A DNA stretch of 64,000 nucleotides from Chamaesiphon sp. (GCA_965246715.1 CBDFFH010000051.1:96001-160000); one strand, 5' to 3'; positions 30,463 through 41,256 are shown, numbered from the stretch's first letter. The notes: generated by a model not told the origin, from the letters alone. Translations and numbers: made by a program.

Positions 30463-31275
30463 ATGGTAAATCCTGATTCTACTGTAATCCTGGCATCGCT
30501 CCAATCATTAATCGATGTCGTCGCTAAATTGAGAGATCCTGTCGGCGGTTGTCCGTGGGATTTGGCACAGACTCCTGAGAGCTTGACTCCATATATCGTT
30601 GAAGAAGCTTATGAGGCTGTACATGCGATTCGCAGTGGCGATCGAGACGCGATCGTGTCAGAATTGGGCGATGTGTTGTTGCAAGTAGTTTTACAAGCTC
30701 AAATTGCCAGCGAAGCGGGGCAATTTACACTTGAGGAGGTTGCCGATGGCATCCGTGAAAAATTAATCCGCCGGCACCCTCATGTATTTGGCGATGTGCA
30801 GGTAGCAGACGTAGCGGAAGTTAGGGCAAATTGGGAACAGATCAAGGCACTAGAGAAAGGTACAACTACCGCATCGCTCAGCGATAAGTTGAGTAGCTAC
30901 ACTGAAAAATTCCCACCCCTAACTGCGGCGATGAAAATCTCCAAGCAAGCAGCCGCAATGGGATTTGAGTGGGAAAATGTCGATGGCGTGTGGGAAAAAT
31001 TTGAAGAAGAGTTAGCCGAATTTAAAGAAGCACTCGCTACCCCCGACACGGCACATCAAGCAGCAGAATTAGGCGATTTATTATTTACCGTCGTCAATCT
31101 CGCGCGGTGGTTCAAACTCGACCCCGAAGCCGGATTGAGCAGCACCAATCAACGGTTTGTCGATCGCATCCACCAAATGGAAGGATATGTCGATCGACCC
31201 CTAACAGATTACACGATCGCCGAACTAGAAACGCTCTGGCAACAAGCAAAACAGAGATTGGCTCAAGGAATATGA
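30463..31275 (+). CDS. mazG: Nucleoside triphosphate pyrophosphohydrolase MazG
   Basis: LRDPVGGCPWD, EEAYE, ELGDVLLQV, KLIRRHPHVF, second ELGDLLF; ATG at 30463 chosen over the ORF-track start 30415. Confidence 0.93.
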   Translation: MVNPDSTVILASLQSLIDVVAKLRDPVGGCPWDLAQTPESLTPYIVEEAYEAVHAIRSGDRDAIVSELGDVLLQVVLQAQIASEAGQFTLEEVADGIREKLIRRHPHVFGDVQVADVAEVRANWEQIKALEKGTTTASLSDKLSSYTEKFPPLTAAMKISKQAAAMGFEWENVDGVWEKFEEELAEFKEALATPDTAHQAAELGDLLFTVVNLARWFKLDPEAGLSSTNQRFVDRIHQMEGYVDRPLTDYTIAELETLWQQAKQRLAQGI

Positions 31276-31311
31276 GACCCAATCCATAGATACTATTACT
31301 GTGACGACCCG

Positions 31312-31421
31312 AGGGTACCCACAAGCGGCGTTTTTATTCGGGGGGAACCCCCGAATAAAAAAACGACAAGACATGGGCACCCCTACAAGTTATCTGTAGG
31401 GGTGCCCCTTGTGGGTACCCT
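31312..31421. repeat. Inverted GTAG-REP doublet, one arm interrupted by a 49-bp hairpin cassette
   Basis: Empty arm GTAGGGGTGCCCCTTGTGGGTACCC (31396-31420); the other arm contains the cassette at 31325-31373. Confidence 0.85.
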
Positions 31422-31486
31422 GAAGATCTACGGTGATTACTAGCGATCGCGTACTGGTGCCAGATGTGAGATTATAAATTCATCAT

Positions 31487-31744
31487 TCATAACTCATCAT
31501 TTAGAAGACTTGCTCTACGCCCCGAGATTTCAGGAATCATGTCACATAATTTCCGCTCGATCCCCATTTTTAGCGTCATGGTGGAGCTGGGGCAAGATCC
31601 ACAAGCACCTTGAAGGCGGAGTTTGACGATCGGCCCATCGATATCGACTAATTCTACATTACCGCCGTCAGCCATCAGGTAAGGGCGTAAGGTATCGAGG
31701 ACGGTCTCGACGTTAGCGGGATTGAGTGTTAAAGCTTCAGACAT
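31487..31744 (-). CDS. nfuA: NifU/Nfu-family Fe-S cluster carrier, with an apparent +1 frameshift near the C-terminus
   Basis: [34 protein letters not shown]. Confidence 0.9.
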   Translation of the reverse strand: MSEALTLNPANVETVLDTLRPYLMADGGNVELVDIDGPIVKLRLQGACGSCPSSTMTLKMGIERKLCDMIPEISGRRASLLNDEL

Positions 31745-31908
31745 AGTTTACTTAACCAAATTGAAAACGATCGACGATCGATATTAACAGCGATCCGATC
31801 TCGATCGTAACCGATCCTGCGGAATATTTCTGGAGCGATCGCGCAGTATTTACCGCTCTTGCGGTAGGGCAACTGCCGTAATCGGAACTCGGCTACGATC
31901 TCAGACTG

Positions 31909-32178
31909 CTAGAAGCTAGCTCTGACAGTAAATTCGTAGTCGCCACCCGCTTCTAACTGATAGTCCCACTGCTTCAAAAACCGCCCCAAAGCATCTTGAA
32001 TCAGCGCGCGTCCAAGCGCTGGTTCGACGATTAATTCGAGATTACCTTCGCGGCAACGCCATTGAAATTCCCAACAAAATTCTCCGGCAGTAACTTCGCC
32101 GACAACTTGCCCGAATTGCCAAGAATGTTGAGTGACGCGCACGCGAGCAGTGGTTTCTGGGAGACGGCGTTTAGTCAT
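31909..32178 (-). CDS. DUF3146 family protein
   Basis: LPETTARVRVT...GEVTAG...PALGRALI...YQLEAGGDYEFTVRA. Confidence 0.85.
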   Translation of the reverse strand: MTKRRLPETTARVRVTQHSWQFGQVVGEVTAGEFCWEFQWRCREGNLELIVEPALGRALIQDALGRFLKQWDYQLEAGGDYEFTVRASF

Positions 32179-32300
32179 GGTTTCGATCGCAGACTGCTAA
32201 TGAGATGCCTTTAATTTGCATAATAACTCAACCCACTCCTGTTGAGATCGCTGAAGGTATCGATTTATGGTGATAAATTTGGTGCAAACTTCCGGATGCT

Positions 32301-32693
32301 TTATGTCCCATGTGACTGATGTAAAATTAGCCGATTGCTATCAGGGTCGTAGGCGTAGATTTCGCGTCCGTGGGAGGCGGTCGTAATTTCGCTAGGTGGG
32401 GGATAGCCAAGCAGAGTTAGAGTATCGATCGAGTTTTCCAAACTAGCTACTTCTAAACATAAACTCATCGCACTCTGACTAGGTTGGCTGGATTCTGTTG
32501 GCTTAGCCACTCCGAAAGTGGAACGATGGCTGGCTTTGGGACAAAAAATCCCCAATCGCAATCCTGATAAAGAGAATTCAGCATATACATTAGGGATATA
32601 CGGCACAGGAGTAGATTCCAGAAATTTGGTGTAGAAATCTACTACCGAGTCGAAATTAACACTCGCGATCGTGACTAGAGCAGATGTTATCAT
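32301..32693 (-). CDS. VOC/glyoxalase family protein
   Basis: FYTKFL, SLCLEVASLE, SHGREIYAYDPD.NRL. Confidence 0.85.
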   Translation of the reverse strand: MITSALVTIASVNFDSVVDFYTKFLESTPVPYIPNVYAEFSLSGLRLGIFCPKASHRSTFGVAKPTESSQPSQSAMSLCLEVASLENSIDTLTLLGYPPPSEITTASHGREIYAYDPDSNRLILHQSHGT

Positions 32694-32905
32694 GGGCGAT
32701 TAGCAAACAGGGCGGCTGGAAAATCTGAAAAATGGTGGCGATCGATACGATAAGTTAGCAGGTCAAGCTCCAAAATAATTAAAGATCGACCGATTCACAT
32801 TGGGTTTATAATTACTACGCTTGGGGAACTATATTTATAAATACATAGCTCGCACAGGTAAGTGTAATGGCACTGAACGAGATGACTGGAGAGCATTCGT
32901 AAGTT

Positions 32906-34072
32906 ATGAAATTGGCAAAGCGCATTAGTGAAATCGAACCATCTGTGACTCTCGCCATCGCTGCACTGGCGAAGACAATGCAGAAGGATGGCAAGGATGT
33001 CTGTAGTTTTAGTGCGGGAGAACCCGACTTTGATACTCCAGTACATATTAAAACCGCAGCCAAACAAGCATTGGATCGGGGTAAAACCAAATATGGGGCG
33101 GCAGCAGGCGAGATTCAATTGCGCGAAGCGATCGCGAATAAGCTCCAGCTCGATAATCACCTACATTATCAAGCTGCTAATATTTTAGTCACTAATGGCG
33201 GCAAACATTCGCTCTACAATCTGATGATGGCGCTCATCGATCCGGGTGATGAAGTGATTATCCCCGCACCATTTTGGTTGAGCTATCCCGAAATGGTCAA
33301 GTTAGCAGGTGGCGTGCCCGTTATCGTCCATACCGACAGTACGACTAACTATAAGATTACTGCTGAGGCACTTAACGCAGCTATTACACCCAAAACCAAG
33401 CTGTTTATCCTCAATTCTCCGTCGAATCCCTCCGGAGTAGTTTATCCTCGGGCTGAGTTGCAAGCTTTAGCCAAGGTTGTTGTCGATCGCGAGATCTTGG
33501 TAGTATCTGATGAAATTTACGAAAAAATTATCTATGATGGCGTGGAGCAAGTCAGTATCGGTGCGCTGGGCGCGGATATTTTTGAGCGGACGATTGTCAG
33601 TAATGGCTTTGCCAAAGCTTATTCGATGACGGGTTGGCGTGTCGGTTATTTAGCTGCTCCAGTCGAGCTAATTCAGGCCGCTAGCACCCTCCAAGGACAT
33701 AGTACCTCTAATGTCTGTACTTTCGCCCAGTACGGTGCGATCGCGGCACTAGAAGGTTCTCAAGAATGTGTGGAAATAATGCGTCAAGCCTTCGCCCTGC
33801 GGCGGCAGGCGATCTTAGAGCGGCTTCAGGCTATCCCCGGCTTGAGTTGTGCGATGCCAGATGGCGCGTTTTATCTATTTATCAATATCGGGAGTACCAA
33901 TTTAAAATCCTTGGAATTTTGCCAGCAACTCCTCGAACGACAGCAAGTTGCGGCGATTCCTGGTCTACCTTTTGGCGCAGACGACCATATTCGGCTCTCT
34001 TATGCTACAGATCTCGAAACGATCGATAAAGGGATGACTAGGCTGGAAAAATTTGTGCGATCGCAAATTTAG
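32906..34072 (+). CDS. aspC: Aspartate aminotransferase
   Basis: [36 protein letters not shown]. Confidence 0.9.
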   Translation: MKLAKRISEIEPSVTLAIAALAKTMQKDGKDVCSFSAGEPDFDTPVHIKTAAKQALDRGKTKYGAAAGEIQLREAIANKLQLDNHLHYQAANILVTNGGKHSLYNLMMALIDPGDEVIIPAPFWLSYPEMVKLAGGVPVIVHTDSTTNYKITAEALNAAITPKTKLFILNSPSNPSGVVYPRAELQALAKVVVDREILVVSDEIYEKIIYDGVEQVSIGALGADIFERTIVSNGFAKAYSMTGWRVGYLAAPVELIQAASTLQGHSTSNVCTFAQYGAIAALEGSQECVEIMRQAFALRRQAILERLQAIPGLSCAMPDGAFYLFINIGSTNLKSLEFCQQLLERQQVAAIPGLPFGADDHIRLSYATDLETIDKGMTRLEKFVRSQI

Positions 34073-34512
34073 TAGCGATATCGATCGGCTAATGAATTTA
34101 GGGATCGAGTAAAACATTACCACTTTTAATTCGATCGGAGCAAGGATCGAGCCAATCGTATTAATTCACAAAATTAATAAAAAGTCGGGGAATTTTTTAT
34201 CTAAAAATCGAGTGCCGAAAATTTTAGACGGCGGCGCTCGTCAAACTCAACGTTACGGCGATTTGGCGGTGTCATATCGATATTTCTTGCCATTAACTAC
34301 TGAATAAATCTCCGATCGCTCGGTTGGCAGATATAATGTTAGGAATCTGCCTACCACGTTGGCGTTGCATCTTCACTAGAGAATCTTCTCTACAACTAAC
34401 TACCTCAAAATTGCAACAATCCTCGAAGTTGGCGCTCGGTAGTAATATCTCGATGCACAGCAGAAATGGCCAACATTCGATCGGGAGAGGATAGTAGCGC
34501 AACCACTAAGTA

Positions 34513-35709
34513 ATGAAAATTTTAGTTCTAATTTGGGAATTTCCACCGCGCCTAGTTGGGGGAATCGCTCGCCACGGTGCCGAATTGTACCCAGAACTCG
34601 TCAATTTGGGTCATGAGATCCATCTAATCACTGTAGAGTCCAGTCAAGCGCCAGCGAAAGAAATTATCGAAGGTATTTACGTCCACCGGGTTCCGGTTGC
34701 TGGATTCAGCCAAGATATTTTTAAGTGGATTGGCAATATGAATTACAGCATGAGTAAATATGCAGCGTATTTACTCCAAACTACTCCCGACTTCGATCTC
34801 ATTCACGCTCATGATTGGATGGTAGCAGATACAGCAATCTCTTTGAGCGAAAAGTTTCAGGTGCCGATCGTGGCAACGATTCATGCCACTGAATTTGGTA
34901 GGCATAATGGCATCCATAACCCTAGTAGCGAACACGTCCACGCGCAAGAACAACGCTTGATCGAATCCGCTACCCAAACGATCGTTTGTAGCGAGTACAT
35001 GCGTCAAGAGGTCGGCCAAATCCTCCGCTGTCCGTGGGAGCGAATTAGTATTATTTATAATGGGATTCGACCAGAAAAAAAACAACGCCCGAAAGATTTT
35101 GATTTTTGGGAGTTTCGGCGGCGCTTTGCCGCCGACCACGAACAAATCGTCTACTATGTCGGCCGCATGACCTATGAAAAAGGGATCTTCGTGCTGCTCA
35201 ATGCCGCGCCTAAAGTGATCTGGGAAGTCGGCGGCAATGCCAAATTTATCTTCATCGGCGGCGGTAATACCGACCAATTAAAACAGCAAGCTTGGGATTT
35301 AGGAATTTGGGAAAAGTGCTTTTTTACGGGATTTATGTCCGATGAGGATTTAGATCGATTTCAAACCGTCGCCGATTGTGCGGTATTTCCCAGTCTCTAC
35401 GAACCCTTTGGGATCGTCGCATTAGAAAGTTTTGCTGCTCGGGTACCAGTCGTCGTCTCAGATGCAGGTGGATTGGCAGAAGTCGTCAGACACACCAAAA
35501 CTGGGATCGTCACCTGGAAATGGGACTGTAATTCGCTCGCCTGGGGCATCCTCGAAGTATTAAAAAATCCCGGCTATGCCAAGTGGCTCACAGACAATGC
35601 TTACGATGAATTGGGAAAACGCTTTAATTGGGGGAAGATTGCCATCCAGACGCAGACAGTCTACCTGACAGCACTCGATAAAACCACCAAAGTACCCAGA
35701 CCAAGATAA
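34513..35709 (+). CDS. GT4 family glycosyltransferase
   Basis: WEFPPRLVGG, HAHDW, TIHATE.GR, PSLYEPFGIVALE. Confidence 0.92.
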   Translation: MKILVLIWEFPPRLVGGIARHGAELYPELVNLGHEIHLITVESSQAPAKEIIEGIYVHRVPVAGFSQDIFKWIGNMNYSMSKYAAYLLQTTPDFDLIHAHDWMVADTAISLSEKFQVPIVATIHATEFGRHNGIHNPSSEHVHAQEQRLIESATQTIVCSEYMRQEVGQILRCPWERISIIYNGIRPEKKQRPKDFDFWEFRRRFAADHEQIVYYVGRMTYEKGIFVLLNAAPKVIWEVGGNAKFIFIGGGNTDQLKQQAWDLGIWEKCFFTGFMSDEDLDRFQTVADCAVFPSLYEPFGIVALESFAARVPVVVSDAGGLAEVVRHTKTGIVTWKWDCNSLAWGILEVLKNPGYAKWLTDNAYDELGKRFNWGKIAIQTQTVYLTALDKTTKVPRPR

Positions 35710-35750
35710 AATATCCTCGATCGATGATTATTTAACCGGAGTTACTACCT

Positions 35751-35989
35751 AACGTCAGTTCGGGATAAGGAAAATTGATTTGCTCCGCTTAAGCACCGCC
35801 CTGAACTGGAAGTGTCTCGTTCCGAGAGGCTACGCCAACGGGCTAATAACTCAAGTTCTCTGAAGAGAACTGCCGAATTGATTAGTTCGTTTTAACGAAC
35901 TTTTGCTATGAGCAACTAATTCATTTGAGGGCGGTCTGGAAACGAAGCGAGGAGTCATCGAGCGGCAATCCTTATCCCGAACTGACGTT
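35751..35989. mobile_element. MITE family A, 239 bp
   Basis: Perfect TIR AACGTCAGTTCGGGATAAG; ACCT on both sides. Confidence 0.9.
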
Positions 35990-35993
35990 ACCT

Positions 35994-36276
35994 AACATCA
36001 GTTCGGGATAAGAATCGATTGAAGCTTGTGCCAGAGAAGATTTCAAGCTAATAACTTCCAGCTAGAATCCAAAAATGGAGCGAATGCCGCACTGCGCTTC
36101 ACACAGATCGAACCCTATGCAGGGGAGTTTGAGGGGCGGCATCCCGCTCCTCAACGGGGGGTCTGGGGGTCGGAACCCCCAGATCTGGGTTTTGCCCCCA
36201 CCAGTAAAACTCGCAACGCACAAATATATACCGCTTGCTACCTCACTTTGAATAGGTCTTATCCCAAACTAACATC
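35994..36276. mobile_element. MITE family A, older degenerate copy abutting the previous one
   Basis: AACATCAGTTCGGGATAAG...CTTATCCCAAACTAACATC; GC-rich hairpin cargo. Confidence 0.7.
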
Positions 36277-37528
36277 AGTTACCACGATCGATCCGTCTTC
36301 TCAACAAATCCAAGCTCTGAGCTGCCGACATCTGCCGAATTAACTCGCGCTCCTGCTGACTCCCCAACTGATACTTAATTCCTTCCACACTACCGTTAGG
36401 ATGTGCGATGCCGATATAGACGAGTCCGACAGGCTTAGCTTCCGTACCCCCACCAGGGCCAGCAACACCCGTAATACTTACCCCCCAATCAGTCCCTAAC
36501 TTGGTCTTCACCCCAACAGCCATCTGGCAAGCGACTGTCTTGCTGACGGCACCCTCACTAGCTAGATCTTCAGGATTTACACATAGCAAGTTAACCTTCA
36601 CTTGGTTGGCATAAGAAATAATCCCCCCTATAAAATAGCTAGAACTTCCAGGTGTCTCGGTCAACATCTGCCCCAAGCCACCGCCAGTACAAGATTCTGC
36701 GACAGCCAGAGTTTGACCTTTAGCCAATAACAGCTGCCCGACTACACTTGCTAAAGTATCCTCATCATTGCCGAAATAATATTCGCCAGCAAGCTGCTGA
36801 ATTTCGCGCGCTATCGGTTCGATTAGTTGGTCGGCTGCTACCGCATTCGCTGCGCGTGCCGAAATCCGCAACCTTACCTGTCCCATCCCCGCATAAGGAG
36901 CAACAGTCGGATTGTCAGAGTCAAATAGATGATTTACTTTCTCGGCTAATGCTGATTCGGCAATTCCAAAAAAGCGCAGACTGCGACTATAGATCGTATT
37001 CTGACCGTAACCCTGAGTTTTTAAAAACGGAACGGCTGTATCCCGCCACATTCGGTACATCTCGCGCGGTACGCCAGGGAAAGTAAAGATCGTCAAACCC
37101 GCTTGTGGTTGCCAAACCATCCCTGGTGCCGTCCCGAGCGGATTGGATAAAATAGCTGCACCTTCCGGTTGCAGCGCCTGTTTGCGGTTACTAGCGGTCA
37201 TTTCCCGGCCCCGTTGGGCATATTTTCGCTCGATATCCGCGATAACTTCTGGATGTTCGACGAGGGGAGTCTGAAAGTAACTAGCGATCGATTCTGTCGT
37301 CAGATCGTCTGGTGTCGGGCCTAAGCCGCCTGTAAAAATTAGGATACTCGATCGCGCTGCCGCAATCTCGATCGCCCGATGCACTCGATCGATATTATCC
37401 CCCACCACCGTCTGATAAAAGTGCGGCACTGCCAAAGCAGCTAGTTCTTTCGCTAAATATTGCGAATTACTATTCAAAATATCCCCAAGCAATAATTCGG
37501 TACCGACACAGATAATTTCAGCAGTCAT
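36275..37528 (-). CDS. cinA: Competence/damage-inducible protein CinA
   Basis: AEIICVGTELLLG, TGGLGPTPDDLT, PGVPREM, AESCTGG; ATG at 37528. Confidence 0.95.
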   Translation of the reverse strand: MTAEIICVGTELLLGDILNSNSQYLAKELAALAVPHFYQTVVGDNIDRVHRAIEIAAARSSILIFTGGLGPTPDDLTTESIASYFQTPLVEHPEVIADIERKYAQRGREMTASNRKQALQPEGAAILSNPLGTAPGMVWQPQAGLTIFTFPGVPREMYRMWRDTAVPFLKTQGYGQNTIYSRSLRFFGIAESALAEKVNHLFDSDNPTVAPYAGMGQVRLRISARAANAVAADQLIEPIAREIQQLAGEYYFGNDEDTLASVVGQLLLAKGQTLAVAESCTGGGLGQMLTETPGSSSYFIGGIISYANQVKVNLLCVNPEDLASEGAVSKTVACQMAVGVKTKLGTDWGVSITGVAGPGGGTEAKPVGLVYIGIAHPNGSVEGIKYQLGSQQERELIRQMSAAQSLDLLRRRIDRGN

Positions 37529-37606
37529 AGTTAGGGGATGGGGGCTAGAGATTAGGGTCACTGGAAAAATTAGCGATCGAGCTGCAATTTCTAATTAATT
37601 TATAAT

Positions 37607-38164
37607 TCATAATTCATCGATAATTTCCTCCAGCTCACTTAAAGCTGTTTGCAGGTCATCATTGACAATTTGATAATCAAATTCGTCTTTGGCGGCAATT
37701 TCTACATGTGCTTGCTCTAATCGTCGGATAATTGCCTCGGGAGGATCAGTTCCCCGCTCGCGAATGCGGGTTTCTAGTGTAGCCAGATCGGGCGGGAGAA
37801 TAAAAATTCGCCTAGCAGCCGGAAAAATCTGTACCACTTGTCTGGCTCCAGCTAATTCGATCTCTAAGATAACCGATCGACCGCGATCGATTTGGTCTCT
37901 AACTGGCTCGATCGGCGTACCATAATAGTTTCCCGCAAATTCTGCCCATTCTAATAACTCGCCAGCTTGAATCTTGGTCTCAAATTGCGCGCGATTGTAA
38001 AAATAGTAATCAACCCCATCAACCTCACCGAGCCGTGGCGCTCTGGTTGTAGCCGAGACAGATAAAAATAGTTCGGGATGCTTGTCTAATAATGCCTTGA
38101 GTAATGTTCCCTTGCCGACACCACTAGGGCCAGTTAAAACTATCAGTCTGCCAGTCATATCCAA
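37607..38164 (-). CDS. gmk: Guanylate kinase
   Basis: [38 protein letters not shown]. Confidence 0.96.
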   Translation of the reverse strand: MDMTGRLIVLTGPSGVGKGTLLKALLDKHPELFLSVSATTRAPRLGEVDGVDYYFYNRAQFETKIQAGELLEWAEFAGNYYGTPIEPVRDQIDRGRSVILEIELAGARQVVQIFPAARRIFILPPDLATLETRIRERGTDPPEAIIRRLEQAHVEIAAKDEFDYQIVNDDLQTALSELEEIIDEL

Positions 38165-38778
38165 CTTGCGATCGCGTTATTAGCAATCTGTATTGTACTG
38201 TCTGACGAGAGCGCAATTTTAATAATTTACCCCCTCGAATCAACACTTTCAGCTAGATAACGCGTAGGTATTAATGCTTAATAATGTATAGCTGTTTGTA
38301 ATATGCTGGCAAATATACTCATGCTTAAATCTAGATAGTGGCACAATGTTCATCTGGTATTGGCCGCACACATAAGTTAGAGAAATTTCAACTAAAATTC
38401 CCAATTTAGCAACAACATCTCTATATATCGATAGATTTCTAAGTGCGGAGTAAGTGCTTACTGCTTAACATAACGATTCGACAAATCTAGCCAAGCTGCT
38501 GTATGTCAGCGATCCCGTAAATCTCGATCGAATTGTGCCACTTAACAAACTGTCCACTCAAAATTAGATCTTAAGACTTTATTAGCAATATTGTATATCG
38601 GCTAAGACCAAACCGGACTGTGCGATTGAGCCAGAACGCGGCTTTTGAGATTTGTCACCCATTGCCACGATCGAGTTAATGTAAAAAAAGTGACACATAT
38701 CATACGTAGTTTTAGTTTTTAGCGCGTACAGTCGATATGTAAGCAATTAACCACTTGCATCATCAGGGGAAAACGATC

Positions 38779-39963
38779 GTGAACGCGCATCATAACTGTC
38801 TGCCAGCTACTAGCATTCGTCAGCAACAGCAATCGAATGTAGTACTATTATCTAGCAAGCAGCCTCTGCCTGAGATGTTAGTTGAAGCCTTGCAAACTCA
38901 AGTCAAGGCTTCAGTCGGTCAAATTCAGGATATTGCCAAACGGATTGAATTTGAAGTCGATCGGATCTGTGCTAAAAGCGAGCGCATTCAAAACTCGGGT
39001 ATCGGTGAATCCTGGCGAGTGGGATTGGCACGTCACCGCGTGTCCAAATGTCTTTATTACTATCAACTGGGTTCCAAACGCGGTCGGATCGAACTGCACA
39101 GTCATCTTAGCTCGATCGTTTATCGCTACATCACTATTCCTCAATCCCAACTCGGATTTCAAGCTCGATATTCGTTGATTGAAGATTTTCTCCAAGAATT
39201 TTATACAGAGTCGCTCAAAGCCTTCCGGCGGGAAAATGAGTTAGGTGATACTTATACGCCACGTAGCTTGCTCCAATTGGCAGAGTACATGGTATTTTGT
39301 GAATGTTATGCCAAACGCCGGATTCATCTACGCTATGGCAGCAGTCAACAACTCATCGTTCTGCGCGCGCAAACTTTTGCCAAACGCCAACCGACGGAAA
39401 CAGTTGTTGATATCGAGCAAGCTTTTGAAACAGCACGGGATGAGGATGGGGAAGCTGGATCTAAAGTGATGCAACAAATTCGTGCCAAGCTGGTATCGGA
39501 CAATGCTGATACTACCGATGGCGTATTGCGCGATCGAGTTATCGAAGAATTGGTTACTTATCTTACTAACCAAAATCAGGCCACCTGTGTCAATTATCTG
39601 CGGTTGAAAATGGAGGATCTATCTTCCGTCGAAATCGAACAGACGCTAGGTTTATCAACTAGAGAGCGCGACTACCTCCAACAAAAATTCAAGTATCATG
39701 TCGAAAAATTTGCCCGCGTGGCTAATTGGGAGTTGGTACACCAATGGCTGGGAGCGGAAATCGATCGCAAGTTAGGACTGACAGATTTCCAGTGGCAGAC
39801 TTTTACTACTCAACTCTCCGTCGAGCAGCAAGCCTTAATCGACTTAAAGCAATCTAATCTCAGCAATGAGTCGATTATGAAAACACTCAAATTGACTGAG
39901 AAAAAATTTCAACTCCGTTGGTCGGAATTATTAAGCTTAGCCGCTCAAATTCGGAATCAATAA
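38779..39963 (+). CDS. HetZ-related protein (putative HTH regulator)
   Basis: EVDRICAKSERIQ, YQLGSKRGRIELHS.LSSIVYR, LIEDFLQ, LAEYM.F.E.YAKRRI, LGLSTRERDYLQQKFKYH; GTG at 38779 after AGGGG. Confidence 0.8.
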   Translation: MNAHHNCLPATSIRQQQQSNVVLLSSKQPLPEMLVEALQTQVKASVGQIQDIAKRIEFEVDRICAKSERIQNSGIGESWRVGLARHRVSKCLYYYQLGSKRGRIELHSHLSSIVYRYITIPQSQLGFQARYSLIEDFLQEFYTESLKAFRRENELGDTYTPRSLLQLAEYMVFCECYAKRRIHLRYGSSQQLIVLRAQTFAKRQPTETVVDIEQAFETARDEDGEAGSKVMQQIRAKLVSDNADTTDGVLRDRVIEELVTYLTNQNQATCVNYLRLKMEDLSSVEIEQTLGLSTRERDYLQQKFKYHVEKFARVANWELVHQWLGAEIDRKLGLTDFQWQTFTTQLSVEQQALIDLKQSNLSNESIMKTLKLTEKKFQLRWSELLSLAAQIRNQ

Positions 39964-40113
39964 CCTACAGATTTAGAGGATGTCTGAGAACTCGAAACCT
40001 ACGCTAGATGTTTGAGCATGATGCGGATCGTCGCAATATATATATACGTCTCACCGGTTTCGGGTAGAGTCTCATACGCCTTAACTTATCACTAATGGAC
40101 AAGACATTGCCCC

Positions 40114-40243
40114 CAATACTTCTCGGTTAAGAACTGCTAGCGACTGAAGTCGCCGCTAGTGAAGCCAAGTCCGGTTGTTGCCGCGAGCGGCAAAAGCCTG
40201 CCTACGCGGACTAACTAGTTTTTAGATTAACCGAGAAGTATTG
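40114..40243. mobile_element. MITE family B, 130 bp
   Basis: Perfect 17-bp TIRs; perfect 10-bp target duplication ACATTGCCCC. Confidence 0.95.
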
Positions 40244-40323
40244 ACATTGCCCCTACTCATACCAAATCCGCTTCACATAAGCCGATCGAGTTTAACGATC
40301 GACATGTTTTCGAGCATGTACTG

Positions 40324-41133
40324 CTACTTAGCGCGCTTGCTTAACAATCGAAAATAGAGCGATTGACAAAATTCCTTAATTGGAAATAATAAATAAGTAA
40401 TCGGATTGATGGTAACGATAATATCGCGGAAATCGCGTTTGGCTAGTACGACAATCGCCCAAGCAACCCAGCGAGATGACAGGATCCCAACAGGATTTAG
40501 TTGACTCTTAAATGGGCCTAAAACTAATTTCCGAATGATACACGGTGCATCTAATCTACGCAGAGTGATTAAGTCACCGATCGCTCGTTTCGATAATTCA
40601 TAAAGGGGGCTAAAAGCTGGATTGACTTCAGCTTCAGAGGTGTTGACCCATAATTCTTTAGTCGCTCCATCGCTAGTACCAGAAACAGTATCCATAAATA
40701 ATTCGGCAATTCGCAACACCGAAAATGTATTCACTTCATAAGATCGTTCGATCGCTTCTGCAGTGCGACTGCTATGAACATTAACACCATGATTGACGAT
40801 CAAAATATCTATCTCTTGGAGATGCAATCTCAACTCTGATTCTGCACCTAATTGCCAAGACAAGATCTTCGTCTCTGGCGGAAATACTGCCATTGAATTT
40901 GTTGTAAATGCGATAATTTTCGCGCCTTGTTGAGTCAATTCTTCAATTAATGCTTGTCCCAAAGTACCCGAAGCACCTGTAATCCCAATGACCTTATTCT
41001 TGAGTGAGAGACTAGTACCTAAAATGCGATCGACTGAAGTGAAATGCCCCGCGATTCGACCGATGTCTCGTACCACTTCAGCGAAGAAGATCGAGACTAG
41101 TCCTAAGAGAAATTTCATCGTTAATGAATTCAA
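40324..41133 (-). CDS. Short-chain dehydrogenase, apparently the bifunctional sterol-desaturase/SDR type lacking the desaturase domain
   Basis: ITGASGTLG, NHGVN, NTSEAE, YELSK; no His boxes. Confidence 0.75.
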   Translation of the reverse strand: MNSLTMKFLLGLVSIFFAEVVRDIGRIAGHFTSVDRILGTSLSLKNKVIGITGASGTLGQALIEELTQQGAKIIAFTTNSMAVFPPETKILSWQLGAESELRLHLQEIDILIVNHGVNVHSSRTAEAIERSYEVNTFSVLRIAELFMDTVSGTSDGATKELWVNTSEAEVNPAFSPLYELSKRAIGDLITLRRLDAPCIIRKLVLGPFKSQLNPVGILSSRWVAWAIVVLAKRDFRDIIVTINPITYLLFPIKEFCQSLYFRLLSKRAK

Positions 41134-41256
41134 TGTCGGTGATGTTTCCTGTTGCAGTGCGATTCGCTAGCGGAGAGGCTCCGCCAGCGATTGTCGCATC
41201 TTCATTTATAACATTTACCGATATTTAAAGTCTGGCGGTACCGCAACGATCGAAAA

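Noticed and set aside
36026..36343. 105-aa ORF
   Set aside because: Lies within a MITE and runs antisense into cinA
39964..40100. patX/patS-like RGSGR peptide near hetZ
   Set aside because: The closest reading is PVSGR; no RGSGR ORF found
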